Shown here: piece after piece, positions 22,611 through 35,252 of the stretch
How the letters are laid out: each line of letters starts with the position of its first letter
Position numbering within the stretch: the first letter of the stretch is position 1
NCBI GenBank assembly: GCA_002269645.1
Contig: NIVC01001142.1
Coordinates: 1 to 35,252 of the forward strand
Length of the DNA stretch: 35,252 nucleotides
Direction: 5' to 3'
From: Macrostomum lignano
Taxonomy: Eukaryota
Notes under the pieces: model-generated
Seen by the model: only the letters and a program-made list of their open reading frames with translations
What the model was told of the DNA's origin: nothing
Database searches by the model: none
Program-made: the position numbers and the translations under genes

Positions 22611-25348
22611 TCACGACGTCCTGCCGGAGTTCGCAGGCAGCAGGCCGCTCACCACGGGCCCCGTGTCGCCCGGGCAGCGGGCCACAAGCAGCTCGCGGAG
22701 ACTCATGGAGCGGGACTTCTCAACCTGGCTGCCGACCTCCGACAGCAACGTCGGCGACTGCGGTGTGGCATCGGATCGGGTAGGGGGCTGATTGTACATG
22801 CATGTATAGGATGAGCCCGTGCATCTATTAGATTCAGCTGTTTCTCCTAGGACAAAGCCTTGCATAAGTGGAAAACTAGCGCAAGACATATCCGATACTC
22901 TTAAATGCATGCTTCTATCTGTTGGGGTGTATCCATTGGTGTATCTATTGGTGTACTGATTGATTGCGGCAACTATTGGTGTATCCATTGGTGCATCTAT
23001 TGGTGCATCTATTGGTGCATCTTTTGGTGTACTGATTGATTGTGGCAACTATTGGTGTATCCATTGGTGCATCTATTGGTGCATCTATTGGTGCATCTAT
23101 TGGTGCATCTATTGATGCATCTATTGGTCCTTCTTTTGGTGCATCTATTGGAGCATCTATTTGTCTATCTATTGGTGTATCTATTGGTGTATCTATTGGT
23201 GTATCTATTGGTGCATCTTTTGGTGTATCTATTGATGTATCTATTGGTGTATCTATTGGTGTATCTATTGGTGTATCTATTGGTGTATCTATTGGTGTAT
23301 CTATTGGTGCATCTATTGGTGTATCTATTGATGTATCTATTGGTGTATCTATTGGTGTATCTATTGGTGTATCTATTGATGTATCTATTGGTGCATCTTT
23401 TGGTGTATCTATTGATGTATCTATTGGTGTATCTATTGGTGTATCTATTGGTGCATCTTTTGGTGCATCTATTGGTGTATCTATTGGTGCATCTTTTGGT
23501 GTATCTATTGATGTATCTATTGGTGTATCTATTGGTGTATCTATTGATGTATCTATTGGTGTATCTATTGATGTATCTATTGGTGAATCTTTTGGTGTAT
23601 CTATTGGTGTACTGATTGGTTGTGGCAGCTATTCGTGTATCTACATGTACATATGCATCAATGAATGCTCGATGGACCCCAGCTACTCCGCGCACCTCGC
23701 TGAGCAGCTGCAGGAGGTGCATGAGCTCGCACAGGTTGCCGGACATCAGCGCCTCCAGCCCGTTAACGATGGCCTCCACCTGCGGCCGCCTGGCCGTCAG
23801 ATCCAGCAGGTGCCGGTACACCGCGCCGGCGCCCCCGCTGCGGTCGGCACCGTCCAGGCCAGAGGGCGCCAGGCCGGCCGCCTCCAGCTCGGTGAGGAAG
23901 GCGGGGCCGTGCAGCCGCAGGCCGCGCATCAGCAGCCCGTCTGGCTCGAAGGGCGCCGCCTCGTCGCGAAGGTCGCCGAGCTCGGCGGCGGAGGTCAGCG
24001 GCCGCTGGCTGACGAGGCCGGCCAGGGTGGAGCAGGTCAGCTCGCGGGTGTCTGCGTCACCGAAGAAGTCCATCACGTCCGCCTCCACGGTGGAGCTGTA
24101 GTCTGGCGTGGGAGAGGGCAGCTGCGCTCTTTGCATTCAAATCGAAGCATTCCCGGGGATTCAGTCATATGTTTGTAAATCGGAAGTATTCTTAGAAACA
24201 GACTGTGCTTTTCTCTACTCAACTTCGATAATTCCCAAAAAAATTGTCATCATTAATTCGAATTGGAGGCGTTCCTAACAACCAAAATTCAACTGCCTTA
24301 AACTTAAAAATTTAAATCGAGAGCATTCCTAGAAACCGAAATACGTCATGAATTCAAATCGGAAGCTTTCTTAGAAACGTAATGTGCCATCCCATTATGA
24401 GTTTGCATGAAAGAAATTAGTGGAAACGCAAAAGTTTATCGAGTTTAGCATCCTAGAGACATAGTTGCTGGGTAAAACACTTTTTAGCGCTAACATATTC
24501 AAATTACGGTTCCTAAGCCTCGGTCAGGCCTCATGGCAGCAGGCAAATCAACAAGAGAATCAATTACGTTTCTTGTAGACGTCCAGCAGTTTTTTCAAGC
24601 AGGCCTTGTCGTGCTGGGTGCAGCGGGTCAGCAGAGCGAACGGGTCAATGTCCTGCAGTTCAGTACAGCAGTGCAGGTGTCAGTCAGAACTGACAAATTG
24701 GCATATTTCATGAGCTTATACAGGTGTATTCAAAGTGCCATTCGCTTAATACTTCAAGTATTTGCTACTGGCTTGTAGGCGATCCCAAATTACAACACAC
24801 CTTGATGTTTGCGTGGATCTCAGTGACCACCTTTAGGTAGGGGTTGTGCAGCAGGCCCTCGACCAGGCCTCGGTACTCCTTGGGCAGCGACTGCTTCAGC
24901 TGGCTCTCCAGGTCCTGGGTAGGTTGGGCACGGGGGCATTGCATGCGGGATGTACCGTAAATTCCAAATTCACCTAAACTCCTCAATCTGCGCTCAAAAC
25001 CAGCAAGGCTGTCCGGCAGCTCACCAGGTCGTACAGCTCCCTGAACCGCACCCGGATGGCCTGCCGCTGCTTCGGCGACTTCTTCACCAGGCACTTCAGG
25101 AGAATCTCGTTTGGTTGAACTGCAAAAAATCAATTAAAAAAAGCAGTTTTCACTACTCTTGAAAAGTAGCATGATGCAGTATTGATTATATTTTATGCAA
25201 TAAAAGAAGAAACTCTCCCACCTATTTTATTGCAGACTTTCATCAACATTCTGGCTTCGTTGTCGTAGAGCTTCTGCGGCACCTGGCGCGGCTTTGCCTG
25301 CTCGTGAGGAAATGGCAGGGACTTATTGGTGTACTGGCTGACTGCCAT
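22611..25348 (-). CDS. Divergent annexin-like protein, 6 exons, 324 aa
   Basis: Exons 25348-25222, 25119-25025, 24914-24801, 24652-24568, 24102-23696 and 22757-22611. All are GT-AG and phase-consistent, 975 nt total, with no frameshift needed. Start accATGG has an in-frame TGA just upstream. Annexin-like helices: ILLKCLVKKSPKQRQAIRVRFRELYDLDLESQLKQSLPKEYRGLVEGLL, YKKHYSSTVEADV, LSEVGSQVEKSRSMSLRELL..PGDTGPVVSGLL. The 95- and 114-nt exons match conserved annexin exon sizes as I recall them. Confidence 0.8.
22926..23640. repeat. 12-bp minisatellite in annexin intron 5
   Basis: Unit ggtgtatctatt with gca, gat and ttt variants. Confidence 0.96.
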
Positions 25349-25453
25349 GGTTCAGTAAAGGCTGCAGGAGTCTCACCTGTTTGGCATTCGCTCTCCACGG
25401 CTTCGAGTGGCCCTCTGTTAGCTGTAATGGTTCGCAGATGTATTGCGTCATCA

Positions 25454-28805
<3,352 letters not shown>

Positions 28806-29734
28806 GGCGGGCTGCTGCAGTCGTCTTGACGTCTCGGCCCAGTTTGGCGGGCAGTTACGGCAGCTGCTCACTCAGAGTTTGCTGCGAGATCGGCCACCTG
28901 CCCGCCTCTTCATCCCGAGAAGCCGCTGCAACCCTCCTTCCCCCGGCCTCCTTCTCTTACCCTCGGCTTTGTCTTGCAGCTTCTGTGTCCGATGTGGCCT
29001 TGGCAACAGCGGAGGCTGGGGAGGCGGTCTGTGAGAAGTCGCGAGCTCAGGGAGCTGGGATCCGTACTCTGGGCTCAGCCGGATGAAGAAAGTGGGTAAG
29101 CGGCGCGACACGGAGCCGGGGAGCTGGAGATGCTGCAGGAAACTGTGGAGAGGGCAATTTTTGCCGGGAGATGCTGGAACAATATCCGCTTCATCCCTCT
29201 CTCTTCACGGAGACTTGAGCAGAACTTTTTCTTTCCCCCGGGGGCAGAGCCACGGGATGGCAACCCGGCTTGTCCTCGGCTGCTCTCCTCCTCAGTTGAC
29301 TGCAGGTGTGGGGTGGCTGGGAGCTTTGAGAGTCGGGCAGGTGGGCCCGCGCCCCCAGCCTCCTCTGCGCGCCTGCCGAGTGTCTTCACCCTTAATCTGC
29401 TTTTTGAAGCCGCTGGTAGCAGGGCGCGTGGAGGCTGGCGTCACTGCCTGCCTGCCTGAGGGTTGCTTGGTTTTTGCCGGCTGACAATTCCTTTGCTGCA
29501 TATCTGCATGGTCTCAGGATTTTGCTAGGGAAAAAGAGAGAGGTAAAGACAGTGCTTGCAGCGAAAGGTTAGCTTTAGAATAGCCTGAGAGCAATTGGCA
29601 AAATTTATTACAGTGCAACTTCAGACTGCTTTTTATATTTTACCTTTTTTAATTAAGATCTGCAGCCATTGTCTGCAGCTCCAGAAGATTTTGATGCAAA
29701 GCTGAAATTTGGTGAACAATTTTGCTGCACACCG

Positions 29735-30290
29735 ATAGTGGCACTGGTGGGATAACAGTGACAATTAATAGTGGCACCGGTGGGATAACAGTGGCAATTA
29801 GTGGCACCGGTGGGACAACAGTGACAATTAATAGTGGCACCGGTGGGATAACAGTGACAATTAATAGTGGCACTGGTGGGATAACAGTGACAATTAATAG
29901 TGGCACCGGTGGGATAACAGTGACAATTAATAGTGGCACCGGTGGGATAACAGTGACAATTAATAGTGGCACTGGTGGGATAACAGTGACAATTAATAGT
30001 GGCACCGGTGGGATAACAGTGACAATTAATAGTGGCACTGATGGGACAACAGTGACAATTAATAGTGGCACCGGTGGGATAACAGTGACAATTAATAGTG
30101 GCACCGGTGAGATAACAGTGACAATTAATAGCGGCACCGGTGGGATAACAGTGACAATTAATAGTGGCACCGGTGGGATAACAGTGACAATTAATATTGG
30201 CACCGGTGGGATAACAGTGACATTTAATAGTGGCACCGGTGGGATAACAGTGACAATTAATAGTGGCACCGGTGGGATAACAGTGACAGT
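29735..30290. repeat. 33-bp minisatellite, ~17 units, unrelated to the 8165-9377 array
   Basis: Unit aatagtggcaccggtgggataacagtgacaatt. Confidence 0.96.
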
Positions 30291-30460
30291 TCAAGAAAAA
30301 TGTAGTTTTCATGCCAATACTTTAGCCTTGACTAAGCATTTCTAACACTCAAATTAACGAAGTTGCTAGATATCCATCTATCTATCTATCAACGTATCAA
30401 TCGATTAATAAATAGATCAATCGATCAACTAGTCAATCAATCAGTCAATCAGTTAGTCGA

Positions 30461-31008
30461 TCAATCGTCATCTTGCACGTGCGCCTCTGTCGCCAGGCAA
30501 CGCGGCCGGCCAGCCCGCGGGCACCGCCGGACATGCTTCTCCAGCGTGCTGGACACGATGAGCGGAGCGCCGCAGTAGCGGCAGGAGAAGCCGGCGCTGG
30601 CGGTGTTGCTGGAGCTGGCGGTTCCGCCGTGGGTTCGCATGTGGCGGGTGAGCTTGCTGCTCTGGGCGCAGGCGTAGCCGCACAGCTGGCAACGGTAGGG
30701 CTGCTCGCCCGTGTGGCTGCGGCGGTGCACGGTGAGGTTGGAGCAGTTGTTGAACAGCTTGCCGCAGAACTCGCACCGGTTCGAGCGGCGGCGGGGCGCC
30801 GGCTTCGGCGGGGTTGGCGGCCTCGGCAGTGACGGCGGCGATGGCAGCGACGGGGGCGGCAGCTGCGGCAGCGGTGTTAAAGGAGGCGATGAAGGATCTG
30901 ACGGAGACGGCGGAGGCAGAAAATTCGGTGGAGTCGGCAGCTGCCAGGAGGCTGGGTGGTGCAGCGCACCGCCGCAAGTTGGGCTGACCATCAGCGGCTC
31001 CCGCAGCT
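30461..31008 (-). CDS. BCL11: BCL11-type C2H2 zinc-finger transcription factor, terminal exon with the C-terminal three-finger cluster
   Basis: [50 protein letters not shown] followed by [21 protein letters not shown] matches the diagnostic BCL11A/B C-terminal fingers. Acceptor ccgcAG at 31009-31010; stop at 30461. Confidence 0.88.
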
Positions 31009-31037
31009 CTGCGGCAAATTTGATTGGAACTGAGTGG

Positions 31038-31187
31038 CCTTATCTACCTTGTCTACCTTATCTACCTTGTCTACCTTATCTACCTTGTCTACCTTATCTA
31101 CCTTACCTACCTTGTCTACCTTGTCTACCTTATCTACCTTATCTACCTTGTCTACCTTGTCTACTTTATCTACCATGTCTACCTTCT
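31038..31187. repeat. 9-bp minisatellite in the BCL11-like intron
   Basis: Unit ctacctt(g/a)t. Confidence 0.93.
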
Positions 31188-31336
31188 AGGCAGATAGACT
31201 AGATCAGAGACAGGGTGGTAGGCAGATAGACTAGATCAGAGACAGGCTGGTAGGCACATAGACTAGATCAGAGACTGGCTGGTAGGCACATAGACTAGAT
31301 CAGAGACAGGCTGGTAGGCACATAGACTAGATCAGA
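31187..31336. repeat. 32-bp minisatellite, ~4.5 units, in the BCL11-like intron
   Basis: Unit gcacatagactagatcagagacaggctggtag. Confidence 0.93.
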
Positions 31337-31343
31337 TTCTCAC

Positions 31344-31735
31344 CTGTCCATTCGGTGTTGGTGGCAGCATCCCTCTGCTGCATCCCGAGCAGCTCAACTG
31401 GAGCAGTGGCAGTCCCCGTTCGGCTTTGTGAGCCCCAGGGTTTTTGGATCAGAGCTGACCGCTCTGGCCGTGAATGGCCACTCAGCAGCGACTGTCTGGA
31501 TCTCACTGCCTCATTGTTGTGCCCCCCGCCTCATCTCCACTCCTCTGTCTGGCGAAGCCCGCTGTCAGCCCTCCTCAGCCGTATCAAAATGGAATCAGAA
31601 TATCCTGGGGTCGCTGCTCCTGCGGGCCGGTGCACAGGGGTCAGCGGCCCGGCCCCGCTCAAACTGACTAACGCCAGAGTGCACCGGCGTGGCCCCTGCT
31701 GAGCGGCCGCCCGCCCTGTCCAGCCATTCTGTCTG
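31344..31735 (-). CDS. Possible upstream exon of the BCL11-like gene; 5' boundary uncertain
   Basis: Strong donor ACAG|GTGAGA at 31344/31343, phase-compatible with the 31008 acceptor (..TNTEWT-E-LREPLM). That frame has an in-frame TGA near 31530 and no recognisable motif. Confidence 0.3.
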
Positions 31736-31874
31736 AACTTTCATTCGACCGAGGATTTAAGGAGGATTGGCCGCACATTAAGGAAGATTTGGGAGAGGAT
31801 GGGCGATAAGAGAGGGTTTTGAATAAGGTGTTTTACTGCAGATTGGTCTTTTATGGAGGCCAAAGAGACATGTT

Positions 31875-32640
31875 CTTAAAGGCCACAGAAACCAGTTTAC
31901 AGAGGCCAGAGGCCTGTTTATAGAGACCACAAAGACCAGTTTATAGAGGCCACAAAGACCCGTTTATAGAGGCCACAGAGACCAGTTTATAGAGGCCACA
32001 AAGACCAGTTTACAGAGGCCACAGAGACCAGTTTGCAGAGGCCAGAGGCCTGTTTATAGAGACCACAGAGACCAGTTTATAGAGGCCACAAAGACCCGTT
32101 TATAGAGGCCACAGAGACCAGTTTATAGAGGCCACAGAGACCAGTTTAAAGAGGCCACAGAAACCAGTTTACAGAGGCCAGAGGCCTGTGTATAGAAACC
32201 ATAGGCCTGTTTATAGAGGCCAGAGAGACCCGTTTATAGAGGCCAGAGAGATCTGTTTATAGAGGCCAGAGAGACCAGTTGATAGAGGCCAGAGAGATCT
32301 GTTTATAGAGGCCAGAGACCTGTTTATAGAGGCCACAGAAACCAGTTTATAGAGGCCACAGAAACCAGTTTACAGAGGCCAGAGGCCTGTGTATAAAAAC
32401 CATAGGCCTGTTTATAGAGTCCAGAGAGACCAGTTGATAGAGGCCAGAGAGATCTGTTTATAGAGGCCAGAGACCTGTTTATAGAGACCAGAGAGACAAG
32501 TTTATAGAGGCCAGAGAGATCTGTTTATAGAGGCCAGAGACCTGTTTATAGAGGACAGAGAGATCTGTTTATAGAGGCCAGAGAGACCTGTTTATAGAGG
32601 CCAGAGAGATCTGTTTATAGAGGCCAGAGACCTGTTTATT
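31875..32640. repeat. Degenerate ~19-23-bp tandem repeat
   Basis: Core agagaccagtttatagaggcc(ac/ag). Confidence 0.92.
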
Positions 32641-32875
32641 AACTACAGAGAGGCTGTTACGTATGAGTCGAATTCAACAGCAAGAGGTCGACTTTAACTG
32701 TAAAGGAAATAGTTAGAAATTCGTTTAAAATGCTTTCAGATTTTCGCTGCAGTAGTCTGAAAAATTAGTCAGGCTTATTTAAACAAAAAACTGAGAAAAA
32801 AGTTGGGGTTTCAAAGTTCTTTCAAATTATTCCAAGTTTTTAGAGTCCGTTTCAGTGCGCATCTCAGCGGCGCGC

Positions 32876-35252
32876 TCAAATTCGCGCCACGACGCAGCGA
32901 ACCGCAGCGGCGAACAGCACGCCGAGCGCCATTTGAGTCTTGGCGGCGCGCTGCATGGCGCCGGATTTTTTTATGTAATTGCCAGCCGAGTCGAACGCTG
33001 GGTGGTCGCAGCTTTTCTCTTTGCACTCCCGACAGTCCGACAGCTTGAATTCCTTGCAGTTGCTGGCGCAGCCGCGGAACCGCTTCTGCCGAACAGGCAG
33101 GCAGGGCGGTACGGTGGATTGTAGGGTGGCTTGTAGGGTGGCTTGTAGGGTACCTTGTAGGGTGGCTTGTAGGGTGGCTTGTAGGGTGGATTCTAGGGTG
33201 GCTTGTAGGGTGGCTTGTAGGGTGGCTTGTAGGGTGGCTTGTAGGGTGGCTTGTAGGGTGGCTTGTAGGGTGGCTTGTAGGGTACCTTGTAGGGTGGCTT
33301 GTAGGGTGGCTTGTAGAGTGGCTTGTAGGGTGGCTTGTAGGGTGGCTTGTAGGGTGGCTTGTAGGGTGGCTTGTAGGGTACCTTGTAGGGTGGCTTGTAG
33401 GGTGGCTTGTAGGGTGGCTTGTAGGGTGGCTTGTAGGGTACCTTGTAGGGTGGCTTGTAGGTGGCTTGTAGAGTGGCTTGTAGGGTGGCTTGTAGGGTGG
33501 CTTGTAGGGTACCTTGTAGGGTGGCTTGTAGGGTGGCTTGTAGGGTACCTTGTAGGGTAGCTTGTAGGGTGGCTTGTAGGGTACCTTGTAGGGTGGCTTG
33601 TAGGATACCTTGTAGGGTACCTTTTAGGGTGGCTTGTAGAGTGGCTTGTAGAGTGGCTTGTAGGGTGGCTTGTAGAGTGGCTTGTAGGGTACCTTGTAGG
33701 GTGGCTTGTAGGATACCTTGTAGGGTACCTTTTAGGGTGGCTTGTAGAGTGGCTTGTAGAGTGGCTTGTAGGGTGGCTTGTAGAGTGGCTTGTAGGGTGG
33801 CTTGTAGGGTACCTTGTAGGTTGGCTTGTAGGGTGGCTTGTAGGGTACCTTGTAGGTTGGCTTGTAGGGTGGCTTGTAGGGTACCTTGTAGGGTGGCTTG
33901 TAGGGTGGCTTGTAGGGTACCTTGTAGGGTGGCTTGTAGGGTGGCTTGTAGGTACCTTGTAGGGTGGCTTGTAGGGTGGCTTGTAGGGTACCTTGTAGGG
34001 TGGCTTGTAGGGTACCTTGTAGGGTACCTTTTAGGGTGGCTTGTAGAGTGGCTTGTAGAGTGGCTTGTAGGGTGGCTTGTAGAGTGGCTTGTAGGGTGGC
34101 TTGTAGGGTGGCTTGTAGGGTACCTTGTAGGGTGGCTTGTAGGGTGGCTTGTAGGGTGGCTTGTAGGGTACCTTGTAGGGTGGCTTGTAGGGTGGCTTGT
34201 AGGTACCTTGTAGGGTGGCTTGTAGGATACCTTGTAGGGTACCTTTTAGGGTGGCTTGTAGAGTGGCTTGTAGAGTGGCTTGTAGGGTGGCTTGTAGAGT
34301 GGCTTGTAGGGTGGCTTGTAGGGTGGCTTGTAGGGTGGCTTGTAGGGTGCTTGTAGGGTACCTTGTAGGTTGGCTTGTAGGGTACCTTGTAGGGTGGCTT
34401 GTAGAGTGGCTTGTAGAGTGGCTTGTAGGGTGGCTTGTAGAGTGGCTTGTAGGGTGGCTTATAAGGTACCTTGTAGCGTGGCTTGTAGGGTACCTTTTAG
34501 GGTGGCTTGTAGAGTGGCTTGTAGAGTGGCTTGTAGGTGGCTTGCAAGGTCTATTGCAGGTCTCATCCTACTGCTCACTGAGCCCTCTTACCTTCGGGTG
34601 GTCGACATGACGGCCGCCATGCAATTCTCCTTGGGCTTGCAGAGAATGGTGCCTTTCGAGCCGGTTGCGTCCTCAAATGAGCAGACCTCAGATTGGAGAA
34701 CATAGCTCTTAATCTTGTTCCCCCACTTGGTGTTGGACAGGCCGGAGCCGGAGGTCTCCGAGCAGTCGGAAATGGTTAACTTTTTTGCTCCAAAGTCGTA
34801 CTTCACGCTCTTTATTGCGTCAGGGCATTTGTCGCAGCCCATAAACAGTCTCTGAAATCAACAGGTGTTGAAGCTGAGCTTGAGAGGACCAGCAGCAGTG
34901 CAGGGAGCCAGCAGCAGTGCAGGGAGCAAGCAGCAGTGCAGGGAGCCAGCAGCAGTGCAGGAGCAAGCAGCAGTGCAGGGGAGTCATCAGCAGTGCAGGG
35001 AGCCAGCAGCAGTGCAGGGAGCCAGCAGCAGTGCAGGGAGCCAGCAGCAGTGCAGGGACCAGCAGCAGTGCAGGGAGCCAGAAGCAGTGAAGGGGAGCCA
35101 GCAGCATGCAGGGAGCCAGAAGCAGTGAAGGGGAGCCACAGCAGTGCAGGGAGTCAGCAGCAGTGCAGGGGAGCCAGCGGCAGGTTGGTCACTGCAAATA
35201 CGACCAAACACTCACCAAGACTCAGTGAATTTGTGCAAAATCTCGTAGCAAT
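32876..35252 (-). CDS. Cysteine-rich, probably GPI-anchored surface protein (Ly6/uPAR/DUF753-like); 5' end beyond the window
   Basis: Exons >35252-35216 (NCYEILHKFTES), 34851-34592 (RLFMGCDKCP..CKPKENC..) and 33085-32876 (KRFRGCASNCKEFKLSDCRECKEKSCDHP..QMALGVLFAAAVRCVVARI*). The NC..x..RxFxGCxxC pattern repeats and the C-terminal tail is hydrophobic. Joining the exons needs about two 1-bp corrections. Confidence 0.55.
33115..34545. repeat. 12-bp G-rich minisatellite, ~119 units, intronic
   Basis: Unit gtagggtggctt with gtagggtacctt and gtagagtggctt variants. Confidence 0.98.
34885..35178. repeat. ~19-bp minisatellite, intronic
   Basis: Unit gcagtgcagggagccagca. Confidence 0.93.

Noticed and set aside
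23036-24178. 380-aa and 323-aa ORFs with SIGV or NRYT repeats
   Set aside because: They combine annexin exon 5 (or its antisense) with the intronic 12-bp array; the exon has clear GT-AG limits at 24102-23696.
28872-29111. ORF starting MSRR, resembling the BCL11 NuRD-binding N-terminus
   Set aside because: It reads MSRRLP, not MSRRKQ, and lies downstream of the zinc-finger exon's stop.
32860-32960. E2F- and YY1-like motifs suggesting a promoter
   Set aside because: The segment is better explained as minus-strand coding sequence for the GPI-signal tail.
33115-34545. Interstitial telomeric repeat
   Set aside because: The unit is a 12-mer; TTAGGG occurs only in occasional variants and never in tandem.

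Overview
Eukaryotic, intron-containing animal DNA. By inference it is a free-living flatworm such as Macrostomum: it has lophotrochozoan-type GluCl motifs, a divergent annexin, GC-rich codons and minisatellite-filled introns. No prokaryotic features, RNA genes or CRISPR arrays were found. From left to right: (1) a minus-strand class II aldolase/adducin-family gene running off the left edge; (2) a plus-strand cluster of Cys-loop glutamate-gated chloride channel (GluCl-like) sequences, arranged as an orphan large exon A (5044-5987: signal peptide, ligand-binding domain, M1-M2) followed by a two-exon gene B (10201-11195 + 12850-13330) and a near-identical ~5.9-kb tandem copy of B (gene C); (3) four minus-strand genes reconstructed exon by exon: a divergent 324-aa annexin, a CFAP97-domain gene, a BCL11-type zinc-finger exon and a GPI-anchored Cys-rich Ly6/uPAR-like gene. 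The best candidate for a new system is a protocadherin/UGT1-like 'variable first exon + shared constant exon' arrangement for a chloride channel: exon A has no M3-M4 exon of its own but is in phase with B's. Gene conversion appears to have homogenised the ligand-binding domain while the pore diverged. Several minisatellites look like tandem copies of a functional signal (start codon, 5' splice site) with the key base inactivated. Scattered single-base indels, mostly in homopolymers, point to long-read consensus errors, so the frameshifts are not treated as pseudogenisation. All coordinates and counts were made by hand.
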